Source: Vicugna vicugna (lineage: Eukaryota). From it: a stretch of 64,000 nucleotides of DNA. Below, piece after piece: positions 10,913-24,724 of this stretch. The stretch covers positions 2,604,001-2,668,000 of the forward strand of contig MU058444.1 of NCBI GenBank assembly GCA_013265495.1. Reading direction: 5' to 3'. The translations under genes were made by a program, and so were the position numbers. The notes beneath the pieces are model-generated. The model was not told the DNA's origin, did not search any database, and saw nothing but the letters and a program-made list of their open reading frames with translations. Each line of letters opens with the position of its first letter. The first letter of the stretch is position 1.

Positions 10913-13662
10913 GGAGAATACCAGCAAAGGCCAATCAGAAACGCAAGGCTTTAAAAATACTATTGTAGATATTACTGTGGATTTAAATGCTATCCCTTTC
11001 CCTTTTTGACACTCTATATAATCTAAAGCACACAAATTATTCAATGAACCAATCTATCCGAGATTCCAAGCTCAGATAATTTCAAAACAAACCTGAGACC
11101 TGCATAGTCTAATTCGGTTGTTCCCTAATTCTTGCATTTTATAATTATAATTATTACTGAAGTATAGATATAATTATAATTTATAAATAGCTTATTTTCC
11201 AGAGCTATTTTATTTCTAAAAATTTTGTTTTGTGAAAGTTATTTTGTTAAAAAAAGTCTTCTTCCGCTTATGCACATAATCTCACATAACAGGCCTCAAG
11301 GCTATAAGCTCACTTCCATACACCACTGGTCAGGAGCATGTTTTCCCACATAACCAAGTCACAGTAAAAAAAAACTATAACAAAAGTCCATTTTATGCTG
11401 TATATAACTTTCTGTGCTAAGTGTGGTTCCTACTGCCTAGGGTGGGCTTTCTCAAGAGTTTAAGAGTCATCTGGGATCCGAAAGGCCTCCTAATATGATC
11501 TGCGCTCTGTTCTACCCTATTTACAAGGACGTCACCTTTCAACATGTCTCACTATACAATTAAGCCAGCACTCTAAGAATACAATGATAACTTTAAGCAA
11601 TGGTCTTTATATAATAGGTCTTTTAAATGAACTATAATAACTTTTACAATTTTTATGCATCTTGAGTAATACATTTCTAGGACATAAATCAGTATGTCAT
11701 AATTTTATAAGAGACACACTAAATCCTTATCTTAATTCATTCTTCCCACCCTTATCTTTTCCTCCTAGCCTTTATTTACATTTAACTACATCATCATCTG
11801 ATCTGTATCTGCAGATATTACCTGGTTGTCTAGCTGCCATCCAGTTCTCCCCTCTCCCTGAGAACACCTCTCCCCCATTGTACCCTATGGTTTAGGCCAA
11901 TAACCCTACCCTCCACTCGGGGGAGGCCCCAGTGCACCAAGCCAATTAGGGTAATCACACTCCTCTAACTACTTACTGTAATCTGGTCAAGGGTGGTCTA
12001 ATCAGATAAAAGCTCAGGACTTTAGATCCACCTTTGTGGGAAGTAACTCTGTGTCCCCAAGGAAGTGAACAAAGCACATGGCTTCCACTGTTGGTGGTGG
12101 CGATCTTGCAACCAAGAGGAAGATCAGCAGGAGGAGGAACCCCACGTGGGGAGGATGGCAAGCCCACAGGATCAGGGAGGTTACAGTCAGAACAAACCAC
12201 GCCTGAAAGCCACTCTGCTCGCACTAGCAAGTCAACAAACAGTGAGTCAGTTTGAAACTGCTTTTCTGCTGTCAGCAACCAAGAGCATCAAGATAGAACC
12301 CAAAGGAAAGCACAGAAGCGTGTTCAATGTGCTGCTTCTCAATTCACGTAACATCACACCGTCTGTCCCCTAATTGGTAAGCAAGGGAGAAGAGCTGGCA
12401 CCTAAGACTCGTCTCAGCACCCCATTCTCTGTGCCCCTTTGACACAGTTGGCTAAAAAGGTTACATTTTAAGAAAAGCTTTTAACAGATCTATTTATACA
12501 TATACGATTGTTTTGAGTTAGAACATTAAGTACAGGAGCATCAAAGCTCTTTGAAGTCTTTTAGTCCAAATGAAACAAAGTGGAAAGAAATTTAAACATC
12601 ACCCACAGCAAATTAAGACATAAATACTAATAATTATGGGCTCTCTTTTTAGTTTCTGGCAAAACAAACATATGAAAGAGAAACAGTATGATCTGTGCAT
12701 GCCTAACAAGTCAAACAAGAAGTATGCAACCGACTGGATGAGCCAAGTTAAAAAAAATTAAGATAGTAATGTTGAACAGTCTTATGGCAAAGATTGGAGA
12801 AAGCACTCATACCTCAACTACAGCGGAAAATAAAATATTTTTAGCTACCTGGTCTTCTTTAAATTAGGGACCCAAATAATTTACTGAATTGTACAGTTCT
12901 CATGCTTTCTCCATTTTATTTATATTCAAATCAAATCATTTTTCACATTTGACCAGTTTTCTTTTTCTTTAAGTCAAACTTTATTTTGATTTGCCTTTTT
13001 TTAAGTCAAACTTTGAGATAACTGTAGACTCAGTTTTGCCTTTTTAAGTTACAGACACAGAAAAACTTAAAAATAACCATATTAGTTGAAAAGGAATACT
13101 GCCATATCAAATTGTTAAAAGCTTAAAAAGAAATAAGCCAACTCACTTTTTACCTCCCCCACACAACCCCCAAATATTTCATGCTGAGAATTTAGAGGCA
13201 AAGCCAGGTACATAAAAAGAGAAATTTCACCCCAGTTTAGGGTTTCCAGTCCTATCATCATGGTCTTCCTGATTCTCTCAACTCCCAGAGCCCTGAAAAG
13301 GCTCGGTCCCCGCACTTGAACTTGACATAGCCAAATTCTACCCTGTCTGCAGGGGCTTTCTCCTTATGTTAATTTCCGCTCACTTCCCCGGAATCCGAGA
13401 AGGCACTCCCCTGGGTCTGCCGTACTAGGTCCGGGAGGGCCCACGTGAGTCCCCTGATGCTAACACAGACAAACGAGCTACAGTACAAAGTATACGTTTA
13501 CCACTCGGCAAGATCTTTAGAAGAATAATGGCGTGGGGGATCTAAAAAATGGTTTGGAATTAAACATTCTTTAAGGGCAACCCTTGTGCAGAAGCCAAAA
13601 AAGCAAAGGTCTTTGTTCAGCCAAAAGAACATGTTGGAACAGACTACAAATGCCCACGATAC

Positions 13663-13748
13663 CTCGGTAGTAGGCCTTCGTTATGGCATCAAATTCCTCC
13701 TGACCCGCCGTATCCCACAGCATCAGCCTGATGTCTTCATCGTTAACT
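13663..13748 (-). CDS. RAB23: RAB23 coding exon 2 (86 nt, aa 52-81: VNDEDIRLMLWDTAGQEEFDAITKAYYRG)
   Basis: Part of ORF 13571..13969. G3 motif WDTAGQE and Rab YYRG. Acceptor atttcag|A, donor CGAG|gtatcg. Confidence 0.97.
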
Positions 13749-13994
13749 CTGAAATGAGATGAATTAACTTCACATGACAAGGAAGGGTCTTTATTTGTCA
13801 AATCTTGAGGCATTAAAACTACATTGTTGGTTTCACCCTGAAAAAAATCTGAGTGCTTTTCAACGCTGATACCTTGACCGACAGTGAGAGTTACAGGTGA
13901 GACACTCCCTAAAGCTATAGTTTTACATGATTGGGATTTTCCTGCCGTGTTTCTTCCTTCCATAGCCACAGACAGTGGTGGCTGAGACCAGGAT

Positions 13995-14272
13995 CCTAGG
14001 GCTCCATACCTGCGGATTCAACCAACGGCAGACAGAGAATATTTGGGAAAAAAAATTCTAGAAGTTTCCAAAACGCAAAACTTGAATTTGCCCCATGCCC
14101 CATGACTATTCACATAGTATGTATGTATGTATGTACGTATGTATGTATATATATATATAAAACTGAATTGCTTTGTTGTACACCTGAAACTAACATTGTA
14201 AACTGACTACACTTCAATAAAAAATAAGAATTTTTTTAAAATGGGGAAATCACGAACAATGAGGGTCAACTG
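13995..14272. mobile_element. TcMar-Tigger-like DNA transposon relic interrupted by a (TATG)n tract and a short L1 3' tail
   Basis: ggattcaaccaac...ttccaaaacgcaaaacttgaatttgcc and terminal gagggtcaactgTA; L1 tail tgtacacctgaaactaacattgtaaactgactacacttcaataaaaaa at about 14160-14225. Confidence 0.6.
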
Positions 14273-15113
14273 TATACTTAAAATATTAATTTGGTTCACA
14301 TAACAAGTACAAAAAATAAACATCATCATGACCTAAAATGAATCCTCTTAAAATATCTAAGAAAGGAAACAATAAAAAAAATTTTTAAAAAGAGAGTAGT
14401 AAAATACAGATTAGAAATTCAACAATTTTGAAAGCAATGAACGCAATCTTTGGTGCTAATGCCTGGGATAGTTATGTCAGATTTATTTAATGTTACTCAT
14501 TTCTCTGTAATACATTTTAGTTTGCCTCCTACAATTTAAAATATCCTTAGAAGTTCTCAGGACCGGACGACAAAAAGTATTACTTTGATGTGTTTTAGAA
14601 TTCAATTGATTTCCTTTTCATAGGAGTACATAATCCTCTCAGATTTGTTTTCTCTTATTTCTTTAAAGTAAAAACAAATTATTAATTCTCTAAGTTCTAT
14701 ATAGTCTTGCCTGGTTTTAAAAGAGAAGAGCCATTCTAAACAAACAGATCCCATAATATAAGAGATGAAAACTATTCTGAGGTAGGTAACTTTCCTTCCC
14801 AATAAAATAGTGGACAGAAATCACAGTACAATCAAGCATCAGTGTTTAAGAAGCGCCCAAGGTGCCACCAATAAATATAAAACAGATACAAGACAGAAAA
14901 AGAGAAGGGGGAGAGGAGTAGGAAAAAAAGAAGAAAAGATGAGACAGGAAGGGAAGAGATGGGGGAGGAGGGAGGAAGAAGGGTGAAGGTACACAAAGGG
15001 ATGTGAAAACTATTGCCGCTGGAAAATCAGGTGCAATTATACACGATTCTGATGACACTCTTGGTCACCGCTCACAAATCAAAACTGAGAGGATAAAATG
15101 GCCAAGTACATAC

Positions 15114-15268
15114 TGGATTTGTCGCTCCAAAAAATCAACTCCAATGGTTTTCTTGTAGTCTTTTGTAAAAATGCCTTTGCAATACCGCTGAATCATACTT
15201 GATTTTCCAACCGCTCCATTCCCTACGACCACCACCTTGATGGCCACTTCCATATCTTCCTCCAACAT
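15114..15268 (-). CDS. RAB23: RAB23 first coding exon, coding part (155 nt, aa 1-52: MLEEDMEVAIKVVVVGNGAVGKSS...TIGVDFLERQI)
   Basis: ORF 15065..15268. P-loop GNGAVGKS and switch I TIGVDF. ATG has A at -3. Donor ATCCA|gtatgt. Confidence 0.98.
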
Positions 15269-15333
15269 GCTTGGAATGGAAGAGGTTTCTGTACCAACTT
15301 TAATTCCAGGTGATCAGATCTTCTCTCTTAAAT
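15269..15333 (-). other. RAB23: RAB23 5' UTR part (65 nt) of the first coding exon
   Basis: Acceptor ttttaaaccacag|ATTTAAG at 15334-15335; no upstream ATG in these 65 nt. Confidence 0.75.
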
Positions 15334-15574
15334 CTGTGGTTTAAAATGAAATGATTTTTCATGACATAAAAATTATTAAAAAATCAAATAAGCTATGATT
15401 GTTTTATCAAGAAGTAATTATATTGCATTGCAAGAATTTATTTCCATGAGGGAGACCCATTCCTCACCCTGTTCAGATAATGTAAAGTCTTTGGAAAGAG
15501 GGACAATTTACTTTTGAATCCTTATCAACAGCATAGTGAACCGAGATTACATAGTTCTACCTTTCACAGAGACT

Positions 15575-15762
15575 ACGGGCATCAGAGTCAAGGCCTGATT
15601 TAAAGTTGTCATTTACCAGTTCTGTGCTCTTCGTGAAGTTACTGTTTAACCTTTAAGCTTCAGTCTCCTGAGGATACTTACCTCAAAGGACTGCTGATCA
15701 ATGATACAGATAAAGCACTTAGCACAGTGAAAGTTGAACATTCAAAAAATGGTAGTTTTATA
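15575..15762 (+). mobile_element. MIR SINE relic
   Basis: MIR-like core (gaagttactgtttaacctttaagcttcagtctcct) and 3' end (taaagcacttagcacagtg). Confidence 0.65.
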
Positions 15763-16329
15763 TACCATGATAAATCCTCCACAGGTAGTTACCACCAAAA
15801 TGGCAGTAAATACAAAATCTAAGGAAATGGCTTTTCATCCTCACAGATAATAATTAACATCCCTAGAAAAGCAACCTCAAGAAGGGTTTTGTATAACACC
15901 ACACAACCACGTGACACCACTGGGCTCTTGGTTACAGTGCCTTAGTGTCAGGTTGCAAAGAATCCTCTACAATCTTATACCACCCACTTTTTCTTCAGTT
16001 TCAGACTAGTTATAGTTACTCATAGAATGAAAGTAATAGAATGTGTACTGTTTGCAACTTAGACTGAAAAGAACAGAAAGCCAATATCTTCATACTTCTT
16101 AAAATTACTAGTTCAGTTCCTGCCTACTTAGCTATTATATTCCAACAACCATAACTGAAAATCCATTTATACAACCACTACACAAAACATGCTGAAATGT
16201 GAAGAATGTTCCTTTCTTTGTCCCTAATGGAGTCTTAGTAATTGTCCCTAGTACTTCACAAACTTGCAAGATTATAAGAATCACCTAGGAGCACTTGTTA
16301 AAGAATAGTTTCTAGGTCTCCACTTCAGA

Positions 16330-19300
16330 AAGAATTAAATGATTACACAGAGAGACACGCAAAAATACTGCAATAAAACAAAATGAAATTCTAAAAATAT
16401 TAAACTATTAGAATCTAATCAATGTTTATAGAACTGTCCACACAACAGCAGAAGATACTTCAAGCACCCACTGAACATATACCAAGACAGAACACTTTAT
16501 GCCATTAAAGAAACCTCAAAAAGCTTAAAATAATGGGGCCACCATGAAATCAAACTAGAAATCAGTAACAGAGAGATAACAGGAAAATCTCCAAACATTT
16601 GGAAATTAAACACACAGAAGTCTCATCAACCCATGGGCCAAAGAAGAAGCTCAAGAGAAATTTTAAAAATAATTGAATTGAATGAAAATAAAAATACAAT
16701 ATGTCAAAATGTGTGGGACATAGCTAATGTACAGCTGAGAGGGAAAATTTACACACTAAATGCTTACCTTAGAACAGAAGAAAAGTCTCAGATCAATAAT
16801 CTAAGCTCCCACCTCAAGAAGCTAGAAAAAGAGCAAAGGAAACCCAAAGCAAGCAAAAGGATGGAAATAATAAAAAAGCAGAAATCAATGAGATTGAAAC
16901 AATAGTTTAAAAAAATTGAATTCATAATATAAAAACTCAAAAGGAAACCTACAGGCTCAGGTGATTTCACTGGAGAATTCTACCAAACTTTTCAAGAATG
17001 ATACACAATCTCTCCCAGAATATAGAAGAGGAAACATTCCTTAACTTTGGAAAACCAGCGTTATCTTGATACAGGCACCATACAAAGACAGTAAAGAAAA
17101 CTAGACATACATCTCCTCAGGAACCAGATGCAAAAATCCTCAACAAAATATTAATAAACTGAACCCAGCAATACATAAAAAAATCACATCGCCATATCAA
17201 CTGATGCAGAGGGACTATTTAACACAATTCAACATCCATTTGTGAGAAAAATTCTCAGCAAACTGGAAACTAAAGAAGGTTTTTTCAACCTGATAAAGGG
17301 CATCTATTAAAAAAAAAAAAAACCTACAGCTAACACCATACTTTTGCTTTTTACCGCTTAGATTGAGAACAAAGTAGGATGTCCACTCTCACTACTCCTA
17401 CGTATCATACACTAAATCCTAGGCAGGCAACAGGCAACAAAAATACATAAAATACTTACAAATTAGAGAAAAGACTGTCTCTATTCACAGATGACATGAC
17501 TGTGTAGAAAACTCCAAGGAGTCAAACAATCCTGTGACTAAAAAGTGAATTTAGCAAGGGCACAGGATACAAGAACAACACAGAACACTCCACTGTATTT
17601 CTAATATGCCAATAATGTACAATTTGAAACAAAAAAAACTTTAAATGACAATTATAATAACAGTTCCAAAAAAAATACTTTCTTGGTATAAATCTAACAC
17701 AACATGTATAGGATCTGTATGCTGAAAACTACAAAACACTAATGAAACAAAGACCGAAATATATGGAAAGATTCATCATGCACATAGATTGGAAGATTCA
17801 GTAAGGTAAAAACAGCAATTATCCTCAAATTGATCTATGGTTTAACAGAACTTCAAAGTACCAGCAGGACATTTTGCAGTTAGAGACAACCCGTTTCTAA
17901 ACTTCATATGGAAAGGCAAAAGAACTAGCACAGCTAAAACAATTTTGAAAAAGAACAAAATTGGAGGAAATCATACTACCCAATTCTAAGACACTATAAA
18001 GTTACATTAATCAAGAATGTGTGATACTGGCATAGAGAAAGATACATAAATCAATGGAACAGAACACAGGGCCTGAAAATAGACCCACACAAATAAAGCC
18101 AATTGATTTTTGACAAAGGTGCATAAACTATTAAATGGAGAAAAGACAGGTTTTGTTTGGTGATAGAACAACTGGACATTCATATGCAAAAAAAGTTATC
18201 TTTCACTTAAACCTCACACCTTGTACAAATAACTCAAAATGGATCTTGGATCTAAATGTAAAACTATTATTTTTTGTAGATGAAAATCTTCTTGATCTGG
18301 GATTAGGCAAAGTTCTTAGACATGATCCCAAAATATGTACAAAAGGAAAAATGGATAAATTACATTTCATCAAAATTAAAAACATTTGCTTTGTGAAAGA
18401 CAGTTAAAACAATGACAGCTATAGACTGCAAGAAAAATATTTGCAAAACATGTCGAACAAATAACTTGTATCGAGAACACACACAGAATCATCAAAACTC
18501 AACATAAGAAAGCAAACAATCTAACTTAAAAATAGGCAAAACTCTCGGCCAGATAACCCACCCAAGATTATACATACTAAGTAAGCAGATGAAAAGATAC
18601 TCAACATCTTCAGCCATTAGTTAAAGACACATTCAGACTGTGAGACATCACTACATGCTTATTAGAACAGCTAAATTTAAAAACAGGACAATACCAAGTG
18701 CTAGAGAGAAGGTGGAGCAACCGGAACTCCGACGTTGCTAGTGAGAATGAAAAATGATACAGCCACTCCGGAAATCAGTGTGACAATTTCTTATAACGTT
18801 AAAGGTACTTTATATGACCCTATAATCCTACTCTAAGCAACACCCTAGAGAAAGGAAAACTTTTTTGACACAAAAAAACCTGTATACGAAATGCTCATAG
18901 CAGCTATAGTCACAATCACCAAAAGCTGGAAACAATCCCAATGTCCTTCAGTGTGTGGATGTGTAAACAAACTGTGGCATATCCACCCAACGGACTACTA
19001 CTCAGCATTAAAAAAGAATAAACTGTTGATCCAACAACTGGGAGGAATCTCAAAGGCATTATACTGAGTCAAAGAACGTTAACATGTTGTATGATCCCAT
19101 TTGTATGACCTTCTGGAAAAGAGCAGTAATTGCCAGTGGTAAGGGGAAGGATATAAAAGCACAGAACAAGTTTTTTGGAGATAGAACGGTTCTGTATTCT
19201 GATTGTTATGGTGGTTACATGAATCTAAAATTCACTGAACTGCACACCGCCTAACAAGTCAATTCTACCATATAATGTTAAAAATAAACTTTAGAGAAAA
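16330..19300 (+). mobile_element. Old LINE-1 (L1M-type) ORF2/3' UTR remnant in RAB23 intron 1, antisense to the gene
   Basis: ORF 16633..16905 (ELNENKNTICQNVWDIA..LRGK..LNAY) and 18135..18407 (NSKWILDLNVK, KMDKLHFIKIKN) are decayed ORF2. Confidence 0.9.
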
Positions 19301-19699
19301 AATAAATGCAATCAGATTTTTAACACAGGCAGCCTGACTCCTGTGATTATCAGCCACGGCTCGAGACCTAAAGAACTATACCAAAACAATTCAGTTCTTA
19401 GAAAATAGGCATAATTCCGAGGTCAACCATTTAAAATCCTGACACTAATACATAAGCGCTCTTTTCCCCAAATTTTAATTTTAAAAGATTTTGCCAACCA
19501 ACAGCAGTCCAATAACTTAGGAAACTATGAGCTAACTCCCCCATCAAAAGGGTGGTTTTTTTCATCACAGACTGTACTTCAATGCAGGTGTGGCGATATT
19601 TATGAAAATACTGAAAAACTTCTTAGGTTCAATGAAGTTATCTAGAAGAAGTCAGGCATTCTAGAAAACCTACAGAAGCAAACAGCCCTTTTCAGACTC

Positions 19700-20760
19700 T
19701 ACTGCCACTCCACGAGACCGTGAGAGTGAAGTTACTGCTCTCAGGTTCCAGCGCCTGGGAGCTGCCGGCGGCTCCGGGATCCCGGAGTAAAGTGATGCTG
19801 CGGCCGCCGGTGTCAAGGAGACCGCGCACTCAGGCTCATTCATATTCCGGCAGAATCCGAGCAAAACTCCGGGAAGGGTGGGGCCGCGGGCGGGGAGGGG
19901 GCCCACGGCCGAGGAGGGGTCGGGGAGCCGGGGTGGAGCTTGGGCCCTTTCCCCGCCAACCCTAACCCGGCACCTAACTCCCGGTCCCCGCCGCCCCGCG
20001 CTCCTTCCCGCCCAGAGCCCACGCCCCGGGAGCCCGGGGCCCGGGGAGGGGAGGGGGCGCCGGGCAGGCTGCCGCCCACNNNNNNNNNNNNNNNNNNNNN
20101 NNNNNNNNNNNNNNNNNNNNNNNNNNNNNNNNNNNNNNNNNNNNNNNNNNNNNNNNNNNNNNNNNNNNNNNNNNNNNNNNNNNNNNNNNNNNNNNNNNNN
20201 NNNNNNNNNNNNNNNNNNNNNNNNNNNNNNNNNNNNNNNNNNNNNNNNNNNNNNNNNNNNNNNNNNNNNNNNNNNNNNNNNNNNNNNNNNNNNNNNNNNN
20301 NNNNNNNNNNNNNNNNNNNNNNNNNNNNNNNNNNNNNNNCTCGGCAGCAGCCCCGCCGGGGAGGGTCGGGCGCGGGAGACTCGACTCCCCTCAGCGGCAG
20401 CCGCGCCGCGCTCGGAGCATGCGCCGGGCTTGCTGTGCGCACGCGCCGCGCCGACCGGCCCCGCCCCGCCCGCTCCGCCCGCTCTGGCGGGGCGGGCGGG
20501 GGGCGCGCCGCGTTCCTGGTGGGGCACCTGGGGACCCCTGGTGCGTCCGGAGCCGGCGGGAGAGGACGTGACCGGAGAAGGTCGGCTAAGTTTCGCCTGC
20601 ACGGTGACCAGAATTCCAGACGCTCAGAGGACGTGCCGGCCTTGGGCGCACACCTAATGTTCCTGACCGCAGGACATCCGAGTGGCGGAGTGAGCAAAAC
20701 TGTGGAGCAAAGTCGAAAACGCCCTCAGTCCGCACCCGGGGGCTGGACAAAGCGGATGTG
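19700..20760 (-). promoter_or_regulatory. RAB23: CpG island; probable RAB23 promoter and non-coding exon 1
   Basis: Very high GC and CpG density 4.4-5.5 kb upstream of the ATG exon. GC boxes near 20458-20505. NRF1-like TGCGCACGCGC at 20436-20446 and GCATGCGC at 20417-20424. Confidence 0.85.
20080..20339. other. Assembly gap (260 N) inside the CpG island
   Basis: Run of n. Confidence 1.
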
Positions 20761-20879
20761 TGGGATGGTTAATAATTCAGAGAACCAAACTGAAAACGAA
20801 AAGCTCGTCCCCAAAGCAACCTAAACTTTACTGCAGTTGTTTTAATTTTTAAAATAGAATAGAAGGGTAGGGGGTGGGG

Positions 20880-21450
20880 AGAAAAATACCAAGTGTTGGG
20901 AGGATGTGGAGTAACTGAATTCTCCTCTCCTGCTGCAGGAATGAAAACTGCAGCAACTCTTTTAAAAGGCTATTTGGCACTGTATTAAAGAGGCATACCG
21001 TATGATCCAGCAGCTCCACATCTTAGTGTACAGCCCAGAGAGATGCGTTACTAGGATATTCACAGCTGCATTTGTTTTAATAACCTCAAAGACCACCAAC
21101 AATAGAATAAGTTCATAAATTCACAGTGTTCGTATAATGGAGTACTACTCAGCAGTGGGAAGAGTGGTCTGAAACTACAGGGATGGGTGAACAAAGCTCA
21201 GCATAAAACGTCAAGACACGAAAGTGCATATAAATAGTCCACTTCTATAAAGGGCAAAAACAGGAAAAATCTGCTAAAAGTTAGGATAATGGTTCCCTTG
21301 GTGGGGTAGTGAATGAGAGGGGGCTTCCAAGGTGCTGGTGAGGCTGTGTCTGTTGATCTTGGTGCTAGTTATACACGTATCCATTCGTGAAAATTCACCA
21401 AACAGTACTCTGATGCACATTTTTCTGTATGTGAATTATACTTTATATGC
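20880..21450 (+). mobile_element. Ancient LINE-1 3' region relic
   Basis: aaataccaagtgttgggaggatgtggagtaactgaattctc, tatgatccagcagctccac, aatggagtactactcagcagt. Confidence 0.75.
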
Positions 21451-21644
21451 AGTATTTTTTTAATTTTTAAATTTAGGAAAACATTTACTTATATGTTCAA
21501 TGTAGTTTTGTAAATATAAACATAGTGATTATTTGTAAGAAATTTAATGTCACATAGCCAACTTATCACTAAGATTTGGCTGGTGTTGTCTCTCAAACTT
21601 GAGTAATGTCCTGACCCCCTTTAAAAGGAAAAGACCCCGGTTAA

Positions 21645-22775
21645 GAAATAGACAAATGATTTGAATAGACATTTCTCCGAAGAAAATATACAATAATTAA
21701 CATGAAAAGAGGCTTAATATCACTAATCATTAGGAAAATGCAAATCAAAACCACAATGAGATGCCACTCCACACCCATTAGGATGGCTATTGTAAAACAA
21801 ACAAACAAAAAGCAGAAAATAAGAAGTGTTGGCAAGGATATTGAGAGATTATAACCCTTATGTGCTGCTTGCTGGTAGGAATGTAAAATGGAGCAGCCAC
21901 TATGGAAAACAGTCTGGCAGTTCCTAAAAAAAAAAAAAATTAAAAATAGAATTTACCATATGATCTAGCAATTCCACTTCTGGGTGGAACTCAAAGAAAT
22001 TGAAAGCCAGGACTCAAACAGGTATTTGTACAATCATGTCCATTGCAACATTATTCACATTAGCCAAAAATTAGGAGCAACCAAAGTGTCCATCAACAAA
22101 ATGTCAAACAGACTCACAGACATAGAAAACAAACTCGTGGTTACCAGGGGGGAAGGAAGTGGGAAGGGTTGAACTGGGAGTTTAAGATTTGCAGATACTA
22201 ATATATAAAAAATAGATGAACAAGTTTCTACTGTATAGCACAGGGAACTATATTCAATATCTTGTAGTAACTTATGGTGAAAGAGAATATGAAAACAAAT
22301 ATATGTATGTTCCTACATGACTGCAGTATTGTGCTGTACACCAGAAATTGGCACATTGTAAACTGACTATACTTCAATAAAAATGTCATGTATACACACA
22401 ATGGAATATTATTCAGTCTTTAAAAAGGAGGAAATTCTAACACATGCTATACCGTGGATAAACCTTGAAGACATTTTGCCAAGTAAAATAAACCAGTCAT
22501 AACAGGACAAATTCTGTATGATTCCACTTATATAAGTTACTAAATTCAGAGACACAGAATAGAATGGTAGATGCCAGAGGCAGAGAGGATGTGAGAACTG
22601 GATGTTAGTGTTTAATGGGTACAGTTTCAGTTTTGCAAGATGAAAAAAGTTCCAGGGATGGATCGTAATAGTGGTTGGGCAACAGTGTAAATGGACTTAA
22701 TGCCCCTGACCTGTCCACAGGAGAATGCTCAAAATGGTAAATTTTATGTTAAGTATATTTTACCACAATTTTTTT
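21645..22775 (+). mobile_element. Old LINE-1 3' region with a nested younger L1 3' end (22107-22379)
   Basis: Old L1 resumes after the insert; TSD aaaatgtca at 22098-22106 and 22380-22388. Confidence 0.85.
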
Positions 22776-23327
22776 AAAGGATAAAGAGAAAACCCTTGTG
22801 GGTCTCAGAGAATAAATCTGATTCAAATTTGAGAGTAACTTCTTTTGAGAAAAACTTTTTGAAGGGGACCCTCCCCAAATCATTCTTTTTCTCCCCCACC
22901 CACCCTCCACCCCACTTTCTACTTCCAGTGGGATTGTTGGACATTCTCAGTGCAATTAAGTCACCTTTTGTTTGACTCAAGGCTGTAGTCAAGGACACAG
23001 CAGAGATTCTTCGGCTCCCTTCAGTGAGATAATGTAAGCCCATGTGAAAAACTGGCCTTGTGCTTAGCAAAAACGGCAATAGAATTAATTTGAAGGGCTC
23101 TGAAAGACATGTTACCTGCCGTGACCAGAGGCACACAAAATGAGAGTGGCAAAAAATTATTTTAGGGAAAATCTTCTGAAGAGTTGTATTTTTAAGTCAT
23201 TTTAATAATTGTTTGAATGTAGTACCTTCACCACCCAGCAGAAAAAAAAGCCCATTGTCCTTTGCTAATTGTTTCTCTGTGTCTGACTCAATGAGCAAAA
23301 TACTTTTCAGGAATCAGAAATTGTAAA

Positions 23328-23476
23328 GGGGGAGGGTGTAGCTTAGCGGTAGAGTGCATCCCTAGCATGCACAAGGTCCTGGGTTCAGACCCCAGTGCCT
23401 CCATTAAGAATAAATAAATAAAAACCAAATTACCTCCTCCTCAAAAGAAGAATTTTTAAAAATTAAGGAAAAAAAA
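23328..23476 (+). mobile_element. tRNA-Ala-derived SINE with TSD
   Basis: TSD agaaattgta at 23316-23325 and 23477-23486. Confidence 0.9.
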
Positions 23477-23799
23477 AGAAATTGTAGGTGAGTGAAATGA
23501 AAAACATTAAGGAAAGATTAGAACATATTCTTAAGGAAGAAATCCTGGAAAATTTTACTACTTGGACTAGAAGTCTGCAAATACACATGAATACATTCAT
23601 GGGCTTCATGAGAAGCCTGGTAGAAATGACAGTATTAGCCTAAACAGGAATAATCTAAGTGTACAGAATCAAACATATGATGCTGGAAAAGAAAAAATTT
23701 TAATACTTGCTAGTTAGCCATGAGGGGGCTGTTCCATTTCTGGGTCACTCTGGGTCATAGTGTCCTCACCTGAAATAATGGAATAATCTACCTTACAGG

Positions 23800-24720
23800 G
23801 TCATTCATTCACAAAAATATTTGTTTGGCCAGGTACTGTGCTGGGCATCAGGTAGTCAGTGATGGACAAAAGGGGCATGACTTGTGCCCGCTTGGAGCCT
23901 ATAGTCTGGTAAGGAAGACCACTATTATGTATATATGTAATTGTGCTTGTAATTATATGAGTGGAAGTACCCTGTGGAATGAAAGTGGCTGAAAATGTAA
24001 ATTGGAGCCAGAGAGGCCTTGCTGACAAAATGGCATTTAATTCTTATCTGAAGTATAAATGAGTCAGCTGGGTAAGGAATAGGCAGACAACGATTTTAAG
24101 AAGAGGGATGGGGGAGGGTACAGCTCAGTTGTAAAACGTGTGCATAGCACGCATGAGGTCCTGGGTTCAATCCCCAGTACCTCCATTAAAAAATAAAATA
24201 AATAAATAAAAAACCCCAATTACCTCCCACCCCCCACCCCCACCCCCAAAATAAAATAGAAGTCTCAACAAGCATGACGGCCCAAGGCAGGAAATAATTA
24301 GGTGGGTTTGAGGAATTGAAAGGGAGCACACGTGCAGGAGTGAGGTGCAAAGTGGTATAAAATGAACACCTGAGGGAGGCAGGGGCCACATCATGAAGGC
24401 CTGTGTGTCACATAAGCAAGACAGATTATATCTCAAGTCTGCTGGGAACCCTTTGAAACACTTTTAATGAGAGGATAAGGAAATCCACTTTGGAAGATTC
24501 CTCTGGCTGCTAACGAAAGCAGAGAGTGGAGGAAAATGGGAGACCGGTGGAAGGCTGGTCCAGGTGAGAGACGATGGAGGCTTAACGGAGGTGGTAAGAG
24601 AGGTGGTACAGAAAAGTGGATGTATTTGTTTTTAACTTTGGAGGTAAAATCCCTGGATGTGGCTCTGGATCAGGAACCAGAAGAAATGTCAACAGTGACT
24701 CATGAGTTTCTTGAATGGCC
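23800..24720 (-). mobile_element. LINE-2 relic, interrupted by a SINE
   Basis: L2-type terminus cattcattcacaaaaatatttg...gccaggtactgtgctgggca. Right edge approximate. Confidence 0.6.
24110..24260 (+). mobile_element. tRNA-Ala-derived SINE
   Basis: ggggagggtacagctcagttgta...gaggtcctgggttcaatccccagtacctcca plus tail. Confidence 0.9.
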
Positions 24721-24724
24721 CCTG

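Noticed and set aside
19670..20824. Four long ORFs (259-310 aa) over the CpG island
   Set aside because: They run through 260 Ns and GC-rich DNA poor in stop codons; Pro/Gly/Arg/Ala low complexity with no recognisable domain.
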